Shown here one piece after another: positions 36,509 to 44,891 of a stretch of 64,000 nt of DNA (its first letter is position 1; each line of letters starts with the position of its first letter). The translations under genes were made by a program, and so were the position numbers. Where the stretch lies: assembly GCA_045546615.1 (NCBI GenBank), contig JAZQDD010000020.1, positions 972-64,971 of the forward strand. Direction: 5' to 3'. The notes beneath the pieces are model-generated. The model saw only the letters and a program-made list of their open reading frames with translations. It was not told the origin of the DNA and did no database searches. Origin of the DNA: Eubacteriales bacterium (GTDB lineage Bacteria > Bacillota > Clostridia > Oscillospirales > CAG-272).

Positions 36509-37376
36509 AGCCTTACTGTTTCCCCATATCGCAATTATGCTCATTCTCGTTCCCATAGCTACCGTTTTGCTTGTCGGCTCTATGGTGTTTATCGGAACAA
36601 CTTCCCCCATCGCCATCGCATCTTACGTTCTTGCGGCGTACACCTTGACGGTGTGGTGCTTTAAGATCCCAACACTTATCAAATTTTTTAAGACCTTCAA
36701 GGACGAAAATAAATACGCCAGAGCGTGGCTTGACGATACACGACTGCGCGTAAACGTGTCGCTCTACGGCTCGCTTGTGTGGAATTCCTTGTATGGGGTC
36801 TTTCAGTTGTGGCTTGGATTTTACCACCACACCTTTTGGTTTTACTCGCTTGGCGCATACTATATTTGCCTTGCCGCTATGCGCTTCTTTTTGGTCAGAC
36901 ACACGCGCAGATATGCGGCGGGGGAGAGGATGGAGACGGAGCTTGTGAAATACCGCGCTTGCGGGTGGGTATTTCTTTTGATGAATTTGTCGCTTGCCCT
37001 TATCATTTTCTTTATGGTATATTGGAACAGGACGTTTGAGCATCACATGATAACGGCAATTGCGATGGCGGCTTACACCTTTTCGGCATTAACTATCGCC
37101 ATTGTGAACGTCATAAAATACAGAAAATATAACAGCCCCGTCTTTTCGGCTTCAAAGGCTACCAGCTTGGCGGCGGCGCTTGTGTCGGTGCTGACACTCG
37201 AAGCCACTATGCTTACGACCTTTGGCAACGGAACGATGACGGCACTTGAGCAAAAATTACTGCTTGGCGCGACGGGCGCTGTTATCTCTTCGCTCATCGT
37301 GGCAACGGCGATATATATGATAGTTGTGGGTACAAGGAAACTTAAAACATTAAAATCAGAGGTACAAAATGGATAA
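36486..37376 (+). CDS. polytopic membrane protein (about 7-8 TM), unknown function
   Basis: GGGAG RBS before ATG 36486. Overlaps the kinase 3' end by 23 nt. Hydrophobic throughout. Confidence 0.75.
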   Translation: MNWKKIGKALLFPHIAIMLILVPIATVLLVGSMVFIGTTSPIAIASYVLAAYTLTVWCFKIPTLIKFFKTFKDENKYARAWLDDTRLRVNVSLYGSLVWNSLYGVFQLWLGFYHHTFWFYSLGAYYICLAAMRFFLVRHTRRYAAGERMETELVKYRACGWVFLLMNLSLALIIFFMVYWNRTFEHHMITAIAMAAYTFSALTIAIVNVIKYRKYNSPVFSASKATSLAAALVSVLTLEATMLTTFGNGTMTALEQKLLLGATGAVISSLIVATAIYMIVVGTRKLKTLKSEVQNG

Positions 37377-37776
37377 TAACGGACAAAACGGTTTCTCATA
37401 TAACTACTCCGCCAAGGAGCAGGCAGAGCTTAAACGCATCCGTGATAAATATACTGCTCCTACCGAGGCAGAGGACAAAATGGCACGCCTTTACCGCCTT
37501 GATGCGAGCGTGACTAACACGGCGCAAGCCGTTGCGATAATTTTAGGTGTGATCGGCACACTCCTTCTCGGCTTTGGAATGAGCCTTATTATGACAGAGC
37601 TTGCCGAAATTCTGGGGATGAGCCAAAACACGGCTATGTTTATCGGTATTGCGGTTGGCGTTGTCGGCGGTATTCTCGCAAGCCTTGCGTATCCTATATA
37701 CATCGCGGTAGTTAAGGCAAAACGCAAAAAGCTCGCGCCCGAGATAATCCGACTTACCGACGAGCTTATGAAATGA
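37369..37776 (+). CDS. small 2-TM membrane protein, paralog of 33998..34363
   Basis: Overlaps the previous gene by 8 nt. Shares motifs with 33998..34363. Confidence 0.8.
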   Translation: MDNNGQNGFSYNYSAKEQAELKRIRDKYTAPTEAEDKMARLYRLDASVTNTAQAVAIILGVIGTLLLGFGMSLIMTELAEILGMSQNTAMFIGIAVGVVGGILASLAYPIYIAVVKAKRKKLAPEIIRLTDELMK

Positions 37777-37793
37777 TATGATATATAAAAAAT

Positions 37794-37826
37794 ACGGTAT
37801 GTTTCCGAAGAAACATACCGTGTTTT
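37794..37826. terminator. bidirectional terminator
   Basis: ACGGTATGTTTC-CGAA-GAAACATACCGT flanked by A and T tracts, between convergent genes. Confidence 0.85.
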
Positions 37827-38267
37827 TTATTGTGCGTTGGGATCTTCCAACGCGGCGTCAAGGAACGCGTTAAAGACGTCCTTGTTGAAATCGACTATCT
37901 TGTATCTGCCTTCCCTGCCTGAATTAACTATGGGGTTGATATAGAGTTCGGATACCTCATCGTTAATGTAGTACACCTGATCCTCAATAGAGACTCTGTA
38001 GAACTGTCTTTGCTTAAAGACGGTGTCGGTGTCATCGTCATCGTCGAATTTTTCATAGGTGCAGTTATTTAGCATATCGACGAATGCCTTTATTTGCTGA
38101 CCATCCGCGATCTTGTATATCTCGCCGTCCTTTCTTACGTCCTTGACGGTAATAAAATCGGGTATGTCAATTGACGAAAACGGACGTCCGTTGGGGTAGC
38201 ATGCCGAAAGCAAAAGGCAACAAACAGCCAAAAGCGCAATCAGAGAAATCTTTCGGGAACGAAGCAT
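37827..38267 (-). CDS. lipoprotein, unknown function
   Basis: AAGGAG RBS. Lipobox LLLSACYP. 146 aa. Confidence 0.75.
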   Translation of the reverse strand: MLRSRKISLIALLAVCCLLLSACYPNGRPFSSIDIPDFITVKDVRKDGEIYKIADGQQIKAFVDMLNNCTYEKFDDDDDTDTVFKQRQFYRVSIEDQVYYINDEVSELYINPIVNSGREGRYKIVDFNKDVFNAFLDAALEDPNAQ

Positions 38268-38294
38268 TTTTTGAGGTTCTCCTTTAATTTAAGA

Positions 38295-39407
38295 TCAGTC
38301 CTCGGCAACGAACGCGATCTTGAGACCTTCCATGGAGATGTTCATTTCCATAGCCTCGTTCATCTTGTCGAGAGGATATTTGTGGGTGAGAAGATCGGTG
38401 ATGGGCAGACCTCTGTCCTGTGCTTCCTTGAGGAAGGAGAAGGACTGGATCCAATCCTGTGCCTGATACGTCCAAGAGCCGATAACCTTAACTTCCTTGT
38501 TGCAAAGGTCAAGGTGAGGATTGTAGGTGGTGTCACCGTTGTTTACGAAGAAGCCAAGCTCGCAGTAAGAGCCGCCGCGGCGAACGTAGCTCCATGCCTT
38601 GGAAGCAGCCTTGGGAGAGCCGGTGCACTGGAAGAGCATTTCAGCGCCGAGACCGCCCGTGATAGCCTTTACCTGCTCGGTAGCGTCAGCAGCACCTGCG
38701 TTTACGGTGTAAGCCGCGCCGAGTCTCTTTGCCATTGCAAGACGCTTGTCATCCATATCGCAAGCGATGATGTTGCGTACGCCAAGGCAACGAACCATAG
38801 CGAGAAGGAGAAGTCCGATAGGTCCGCAACCCTGAACGAGAACGTAGGAATCGAACTTGAAGTCAAAGATCTTCTTTGCCTGCTCAACAGCGTGAACGAT
38901 AACGGCTGCAGGCTCAATGAGGATGCGGAGATCGCGGTCCATATCGGAAACGTTGAATACAACGCCGCCTGCGTTGACCTTCATATACTCGCCAAACCAA
39001 CCGTTGAAGTAGTTTGCCTCACCGGGCATAAGACCGAAGATCTCGCCGCCCTCGCAAAGGTGAACGATCTCGGGCTTGAACTTGCAAACGTCGCACTCGC
39101 CGCAGGGCTTAAGACCTGTAACGATCTTGTCACCGACTGCAAGGGGCTTGCCCGTGTAGTCCTTGGTGATGTTTTTGCCGAGCTTAACGATAGTGCCCGT
39201 ACCTTCGTGACCGAGCTGAACGGGGCAGTAGCCGAAGGGGTCGCCCTTGAATTCGTGAACGTCAGTACCGCAAATGCCGCAGCCCTCGACCTTAACGAGT
39301 ATCTCGTCGTCGCTTATCTCGGGTATGGGAAGTTCCTTGAGGACCATCTTGCGGGGTTCTTCGAGAACGGAAATTTTTGCTGTCTTGGGGATGTCGAACT
39401 GTGCCAT
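38295..39407 (-). CDS. zinc-dependent medium-chain alcohol/polyol dehydrogenase
   Basis: GGAGG RBS. GCGICGTDVHEF, GHEGTG, a structural-Zn Cys cluster CGECDVCKF, and GCGPIGL. Strongly biased codons. Confidence 0.9.
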   Translation of the reverse strand: MAQFDIPKTAKISVLEEPRKMVLKELPIPEISDDEILVKVEGCGICGTDVHEFKGDPFGYCPVQLGHEGTGTIVKLGKNITKDYTGKPLAVGDKIVTGLKPCGECDVCKFKPEIVHLCEGGEIFGLMPGEANYFNGWFGEYMKVNAGGVVFNVSDMDRDLRILIEPAAVIVHAVEQAKKIFDFKFDSYVLVQGCGPIGLLLLAMVRCLGVRNIIACDMDDKRLAMAKRLGAAYTVNAGAADATEQVKAITGGLGAEMLFQCTGSPKAASKAWSYVRRGGSYCELGFFVNNGDTTYNPHLDLCNKEVKVIGSWTYQAQDWIQSFSFLKEAQDRGLPITDLLTHKYPLDKMNEAMEMNISMEGLKIAFVAED

Positions 39408-39573
39408 TTTAGTTTTCCTCCGTATATTTTATTTTATGTAGGGAATTGGCTAACTATAAACATTATACAATATTAACGGGCGTTTGTCAACTGTAAAAAT
39501 GCGCTTACAAAAGCGGGGAGAAACAAAAATCGGAAGGGAACGATCCTTTCCGATTTTTGATGTTTATGTTAAC

Positions 39574-41490
39574 TTATTTGGTCTCTTCCGTAGGAGCTGT
39601 GGTGGTTACAGCGGGAGCTGTGGTGGTGGGCATGGGAACAAATCCTGCCTGACCGAAATCGTTTGAGCCGAAGATGGATGCAATGTGCTTTGCAACGTCG
39701 ATGTTCTCAAGCGAATAGGTACTGTTTATCCACTCCTTGACTCCGCCGCCGAGGGCGAAGAGGGGAACGTTGGTGTTGGTGTGGTTGGTGCTGGTGTAGA
39801 TGAATCCGTCCTCGCTCTCCAAGATACCGCCGCACTCGTGGTCAGCAGTTATGATAAGGGCGGTGGTGGGGTGCAGCATCGTGAAGGCGATGCAGTATGC
39901 GATGCACTCGTTGTAGCGCTGTACGCAGGACATGGTGGATGCGGGATCGTTGCTGTGGGAGTTCTTGTCGATGTACGCTTCCTCGATCATGATAAAGAAC
40001 TTTTCGTTGTTTGCGGATATCTGGCTGAGGGCGTTGCGCGTTTTGGGAACGAGCTGACGGCGCAGGGAGCTTGAATTTGCGCCCCAAACGTAGTCTACGG
40101 CGTTCTCGGCAACGAGCGCGTCTATCTGTCCCTGAAGAATGCTTGAGTCGGTTCTGTCATTGTGGTGGCAAAGGAAGCCCGAGGGAGTTGCGCCCGTGAT
40201 AACGTCGGTGGTGACTACCGCGGTGTTGTAGCCGAGGGAGTGTGCAAGCTCACGAACATTGGGGATCACGTCACCCGTGGGGAGCATTCCGAGGAAGCCG
40301 TTGTTGGTCTTGTATCCCGTTGCGAGCGCGGTTGCGGATGCCGCCGAGTCGGTGTAGGTCGCTACGCCGTTGATAACGGATTGAGAGTAGGTCTTGCAGG
40401 TGGTAACTACGGGGAGTCTTGTTGCTACAAACTCATCAATGACCTGATTCTTTATGGTCATATCGATGTGGCTCTGTCCCATACCGTCACCAATCATGAG
40501 GATAGCGGAGGTGGGCTTGGGGAAGGTGAAGGAAGCCGCTTTTGCGGTGGTGGGCAGGTTAGTTACGTTAAGAGAGACGTTAGAGCCGCTTACGTTGATG
40601 TAGTTATTGACAAAATCGCTTGCGGCTGCGCCGACGAAGTAGGACGCGCCCTGCATAACGATCTTGTTGTCCGTCTGCCAGAGTATGTATTTATCGTCGC
40701 CAAGAGAGATCTTGGATGCTTCTTGGGAAACGGTACGGTTTGTAAGACCTACGAGTATCTCGTATTCGGATTCCTCTTTGGCGTCATCTACGACTTCCAA
40801 CGCAAAGCCGAGGTTGGAATTGATATAGTCGGAAAGAGCAACTGCGGTAAAGTATGTAATGCGATCCGCGGTCTTGGGATATACGATCTTGTAATTCTTT
40901 ATGTCAACACCGTTTATCGAAATGTCCTTGAACATATACGCGCGGCTCTCGACAAGATCGGGGGCGGCGGAGTTAAGAACCATGGAGGATGCGCCTGCTA
41001 CCACGTACTTTTCGATAAAGTAGTCAACAGCCGTTTCAAGGAGCGCGTCGCAACCGCCGACAATGATGATACGGTCGTTTTCAAATGCAACGGCGTAGTC
41101 AAACTCGCGCAGCATATCTTTGTACTTGGTGGATTCGGGGCGGTTTGTGTAGCCTACGAGTATCTCGTATGCCTTGGGAGCGATCTCCTCGTTTTTGCCG
41201 AGGGTGTCGTCCTTGAGCGCGGGCTTTGAGCCGAAAGCGTCACCGATCGCGTTACGAACCTTCTGCGCAAGGGCGATGGTCTCATTATCGGCGTATTCAT
41301 AGCGCACAACTGCGTACGATGCAAGTGTTTCGGGGGATATCTCTACGGGAATGTAAGGGCCGGTCGTTCCCTCGGACGTATTTGAGGGGGCGGTAGTTCC
41401 CGAACCGTCAGAGTTTGCGGGTGTACAGCCGATCAAAGTGAGGGACACCATGAGAATGGCTAAAAGAAGGGCAGTTGCTTTTTTAAACAT
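39574..41490 (-). CDS. alkaline phosphatase family lipoprotein with ~300-aa N-terminal duplicated domain
   Basis: AGGAGG RBS before ATG at 41490. Lipobox LTLIGCTP. MIGDGMGQSHID and the active-site motif TDSAASATALATGYKT. Two EILVGxTNR-containing repeats at the N-terminus. Confidence 0.88.
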   Translation of the reverse strand: MFKKATALLLAILMVSLTLIGCTPANSDGSGTTAPSNTSEGTTGPYIPVEISPETLASYAVVRYEYADNETIALAQKVRNAIGDAFGSKPALKDDTLGKNEEIAPKAYEILVGYTNRPESTKYKDMLREFDYAVAFENDRIIIVGGCDALLETAVDYFIEKYVVAGASSMVLNSAAPDLVESRAYMFKDISINGVDIKNYKIVYPKTADRITYFTAVALSDYINSNLGFALEVVDDAKEESEYEILVGLTNRTVSQEASKISLGDDKYILWQTDNKIVMQGASYFVGAAASDFVNNYINVSGSNVSLNVTNLPTTAKAASFTFPKPTSAILMIGDGMGQSHIDMTIKNQVIDEFVATRLPVVTTCKTYSQSVINGVATYTDSAASATALATGYKTNNGFLGMLPTGDVIPNVRELAHSLGYNTAVVTTDVITGATPSGFLCHHNDRTDSSILQGQIDALVAENAVDYVWGANSSSLRRQLVPKTRNALSQISANNEKFFIMIEEAYIDKNSHSNDPASTMSCVQRYNECIAYCIAFTMLHPTTALIITADHECGGILESEDGFIYTSTNHTNTNVPLFALGGGVKEWINSTYSLENIDVAKHIASIFGSNDFGQAGFVPMPTTTAPAVTTTAPTEETK

Positions 41491-41579
41491 AATAAATCCT
41501 CCTAATTCGAAAAAATCGAACATAATAACTAATTATATCATACTCAAGGAGCTTAATTGTGAACTTTTGGTTAATTTTG

Positions 41580-42362
41580 TTATGGTAGCGAGATGAAAGC
41601 GCAAAGAGGCAGGTGGTCGGAAATAAAGAAGCCGCCGCGGTCATATTCATCCACTGCGTAGGTGCGTTTTTCGTCGCACGGCATATTGGTAAAGATGTAG
41701 TCTATCTTTATGGGGTCAGCCAGCCGTCCGAAGTCGTGGAACGTGCCGCCGCACAGTCTTGTTGCGTCGGTAACTTCCGCTCCGCAAAGACTGTCGGCGG
41801 TAAAGGCGCGAATAGCCTCGGAGTCGGGCAGGGCATTCATGTCTCCCGTCAGGATAAAGGGCAGACCTATCTCGGATATTCTCTTTTTTATCACCGCCGC
41901 GCCGCGCTTGCGGGCGTTTGCGCCCTCGTGGTCGAGGTGGGTGTTGATGAAAAGGAAAGGGGAGTCATATTCCTTGTGCTTCAGCACGAGGGCGGTGTGT
42001 ATCCTCGGAAAACAGCTTTGGTCGCCGTCAAAGCGTGTACCGGGGATAAGCGGTGTGCCGGACACCCAACGGTTCTCAAGCGAGAAAAGCTCCATGTTTT
42101 CGTGTTTGTAAGCAACTATAACGGATTCGCCGCGCATATTTGCGTCTCTGCCGCATCCGACGGTAATGTATCCTCGGTGCGCCAGCTCCTCGCGCAGATA
42201 CGAGCGCATGGGGTTGGTAGCCTCTTGAAAACCGATTATATCGGGTGAGTGCTTTTCAATGCAAGCGAGGACGGTCCCGCGGCGGTTAAGAAAGCGATGT
42301 TCGCCGTCGCTCGCGACGTCTACACGCAGGTTGAAGGTCATGATTTTAAGTTCAGCAGACAC
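41580..42362 (-). CDS. endonuclease/exonuclease/phosphatase (EEP) family protein
   Basis: AAGGAG-N7-GTG start at 42362. Contains MTFNLR, IGFQE, NTHLDH, LTGDMN, SDHLP. Confidence 0.85.
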   Translation of the reverse strand: MSAELKIMTFNLRVDVASDGEHRFLNRRGTVLACIEKHSPDIIGFQEATNPMRSYLREELAHRGYITVGCGRDANMRGESVIVAYKHENMELFSLENRWVSGTPLIPGTRFDGDQSCFPRIHTALVLKHKEYDSPFLFINTHLDHEGANARKRGAAVIKKRISEIGLPFILTGDMNALPDSEAIRAFTADSLCGAEVTDATRLCGGTFHDFGRLADPIKIDYIFTNMPCDEKRTYAVDEYDRGGFFISDHLPLCAFISLP

Positions 42363-42381
42363 GGTATTTCTCCTTGTTGGT

Positions 42382-43095
42382 CTAATTATTTTTTTTAGCG
42401 GCAAAAACGAAAACGGTGAGCGCCGCAACGGATGCGAATGCAAATATTGCGCAAAGCCCGAACATGATAAAGGTCACGTCGTCGCTGTCAAGCGGTGAAA
42501 CGGCGTCGGTATTTACACTTGCCGATGTTGAGTCGGCGGATGGTTTTTCGGACGGGCTTGTATTGCTGTCGGTCTCGGGGCGGGACGGCTCATTGTCCGA
42601 GGGGGCGGCGGTGCTTGGCGGCGGGAGCCGGTCCATGTCCTCATAGGACGGGGACTGCTCGGTGTTTTCCGTCGGAGCATCCCCTGCCATGTTGTTTTCG
42701 GCAGTTGCCTTATCCTCCGACAGGCGCGGAGGAGTGGACATAAAGAATGCCGCAACAAGGAATATGCAAAGGAATGCGGCGGCAAGCGGAACAAGGCGCG
42801 ATATCTTCGGTGCGTGATACTCTTTTGTCCTGTTTTTTGCGGCATCATTTTTTACCGATGCCATTATTTGCGCGTGAAGTCCGTGGGGGAGCGGAGTCAT
42901 ATCGGGTACGTCCACGGCTTCCTCGGTCTTTACGGTTATTTCAAGATACCTGCGGCATTCGGGGCAGTTTTCCACGTGGTCAAAAAGCTCGTTTATCTCT
43001 TTTTCGGTCAGCTCGCCGTCAATATATTTATCGGTATACGAGGCAAAGCGTTCAAATTGCTCACAGCCGCGTTCCGTTTTGTTTTTTATTTCCAA
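42382..43095 (-). CDS. anti-sigma factor (zf-HC2) with two TM segments flanking a Pro/Ser/Asp-rich region
   Basis: HVENCPECRRYLE zinc-finger motif. TM segments LVPLAAAFLCIFLVAAFF and FGLCAIFAFASVAALTVFVF. Confidence 0.8.
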   Translation of the reverse strand: MEIKNKTERGCEQFERFASYTDKYIDGELTEKEINELFDHVENCPECRRYLEITVKTEEAVDVPDMTPLPHGLHAQIMASVKNDAAKNRTKEYHAPKISRLVPLAAAFLCIFLVAAFFMSTPPRLSEDKATAENNMAGDAPTENTEQSPSYEDMDRLPPPSTAAPSDNEPSRPETDSNTSPSEKPSADSTSASVNTDAVSPLDSDDVTFIMFGLCAIFAFASVAALTVFVFAAKKNN

Positions 43096-43135
43096 GAGCC
43101 TTGCCTCCTTTCGTTTTACTCATCGTTTATGACGT

Positions 43136-43735
43136 TCAGCGGGATGAAAAGTTCCGCTTGGCGAGTATTTCGCACAGCTTTTTGCGCGCCCTGTGCAGTC
43201 GGCTTTTCACCGTTCCCTCGGGTATGCCGAGCAGCTCTGCTATTTCGGCGTAGTCGGCGTTTGCCATGTGGCGCAAAAGTATCATTCTGCGCATATCGGG
43301 CGGCAGAGCGTCGACAGCCGCGCGAACCTGCGCCGCCTCGGCGTTTCTTATGTAATCCTCATCGGGAGTTGGCTCGGTGTCGGGAACATCCATGGGTGTT
43401 TCCTCGCCGTCCTCGTCGGTGTAAACGAGGGGCAGGGGCGCTCTTTTGCGTCGGCGCAGAACGTCGAGCGCGGCGTTTCGGCAAATGCGCAAAACGTAGG
43501 AGTAGAGCGATTGCGCGTCTCCCCGATATTGCGGAAGGGAGCGCCACAGCTTCAAGAAGGTGTCCTGCGCTACGTCCTCGGCATCCTCGCGGTGCGCCGT
43601 CAGCGACAGCGCAAGACCGTAAACGTAGCCCTCGTAGGCGTAGAGTATCTCTTCAAAGGCGGCGACGTCTCCATCTTTTGCGCGCGAAAGGATCTCCGCG
43701 CTGACGGCGGCAGGGCGCTTATCTGTTGTTTTCAA
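43136..43735 (-). CDS. ECF-type RNA polymerase sigma factor
   Basis: AAGGAGG RBS plus TTG start. Region 2 DAEDVAQDTFLKLW. Region 4 YAEIAELLGIPEGTVKSRLHRARKKL. Confidence 0.9.
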   Translation of the reverse strand: MKTTDKRPAAVSAEILSRAKDGDVAAFEEILYAYEGYVYGLALSLTAHREDAEDVAQDTFLKLWRSLPQYRGDAQSLYSYVLRICRNAALDVLRRRKRAPLPLVYTDEDGEETPMDVPDTEPTPDEDYIRNAEAAQVRAAVDALPPDMRRMILLRHMANADYAEIAELLGIPEGTVKSRLHRARKKLCEILAKRNFSSR

Positions 43736-43765
43736 GAGGCTCGCCTCCTTTCGTGAATTTTAAAA

Positions 43766-44767
43766 TCAGGGCAAAAGCACTCGGAGCAAGGCTTCCTCGA
43801 TCGCGGCGGCATCGCTTTGTGCCATTATCTCGGCGCGTGCGCGTGTTGCGCCGTGCAGTCCCTTGACGTAGTGCGACAGCGTGACCTTGACCTCTGCCAC
43901 GCCTTGGCGCTCGCCTTTTTCGGCAACACTGCGGCGGAGCTGGTCAATAGCGGTCGCGGCTATTTCCTCTCGCGTGGGCGGCGTGTATTCTCTGCCGTCG
44001 AGGGCGGCGGCTATCTCGTCAAATATCCACGGGTTGCCCATGGCGGCTCTGCCGATGGCAAGACCGTCACAGCCCGTTTCCTTTTTCATTTTCAGCGCGT
44101 CGGCGGCGCAGGTGATATCACCGTTGCCGAATACGGGGATCTTAACTTTTTCTTTTACGAGGCGGATAACCTCGGGCATGATGCCGGGGGTGTAGAACTG
44201 CTCGCGCGTTCTTGCGTGGATGCAAACGGCGGCGGCGCCCGCGCTTTCTGCGGCGGCGGCGCACTCGGGAGCGTTTATGCTGTCAAAGTCCCAGCCCGCG
44301 CGGAGCTTTACGGTCACGGGAAGGGCGGACGCGCGGCAAACGGCAAGGACGATATCGTGTATTTTATCGGGACGGCGCATCAGCGCACTGCCCTCGCCGC
44401 AACTTACCACCTTTTTTACGGGACAGCCCATATTTATATCAATTGCGGCGGGCAATATTCCGCAAAAGCCTCGATAATTGCCGCTTGACAGAAGCCGTGC
44501 CGCTTCAGCCATAAACTCGCTCTCCGAGCCGAATATCTGCACGGCGGTGGGGAGAGAGCCGTCTATCTTGCAAAGGGCGGCAGTTTTTACGGGGGCGGAT
44601 GCACGCCCTGATTGCTCGTAAACGAGCGCCTTTGCCGAGACCATCTCACTCACGGCGTATTGCGCCCCATGCTCGGCGCAGACGGCACGCATAGTCAGGT
44701 CAGTCACTCCCGCCATCGGTGCAAGCAAAAGCCCGTGGCGAAGTCTGACGTTTCCAATCTCTATCAT
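43766..44767 (-). CDS. dus: tRNA-dihydrouridine synthase
   Basis: LAPMAGVTD, DINMGCP, a TIM-barrel FMN enzyme pattern, and a C-terminal helical domain. Confidence 0.9.
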   Translation of the reverse strand: MIEIGNVRLRHGLLLAPMAGVTDLTMRAVCAEHGAQYAVSEMVSAKALVYEQSGRASAPVKTAALCKIDGSLPTAVQIFGSESEFMAEAARLLSSGNYRGFCGILPAAIDINMGCPVKKVVSCGEGSALMRRPDKIHDIVLAVCRASALPVTVKLRAGWDFDSINAPECAAAAESAGAAAVCIHARTREQFYTPGIMPEVIRLVKEKVKIPVFGNGDITCAADALKMKKETGCDGLAIGRAAMGNPWIFDEIAAALDGREYTPPTREEIAATAIDQLRRSVAEKGERQGVAEVKVTLSHYVKGLHGATRARAEIMAQSDAAAIEEALLRVLLP

Positions 44768-44891
44768 TACATCACCATAAATAGTTTTAATAACTTAATA
44801 ATATCACAGAAAACAGAGCAAGTCAATATTAAATCCGTACTTGACTAAAAGAGGGAATAAGTGGTATAATTAGAAAAAAGGCGGTGGTAAA

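Noticed and set aside
38271-39476. 401-aa ORF on the plus strand
   Set aside because: Antisense shadow of the Zn-dependent dehydrogenase gene, which has clear MDR motifs, an RBS and strong codon bias.
39484-39666. 60-aa plus-strand ORF between the dehydrogenase and phosphatase genes
   Set aside because: It lies in the promoter and terminator region of minus-strand genes and partly overlaps the phosphatase 3' end. It has no RBS and a low-complexity product.
42814-43704. 296-aa Arg/Pro/Ala-rich plus-strand ORF
   Set aside because: Antisense to the ECF sigma and anti-sigma genes. The composition is typical of out-of-frame translation of GC-rich coding DNA. The 252-aa ORF at 47464-48222(-) is rejected for the same reason.
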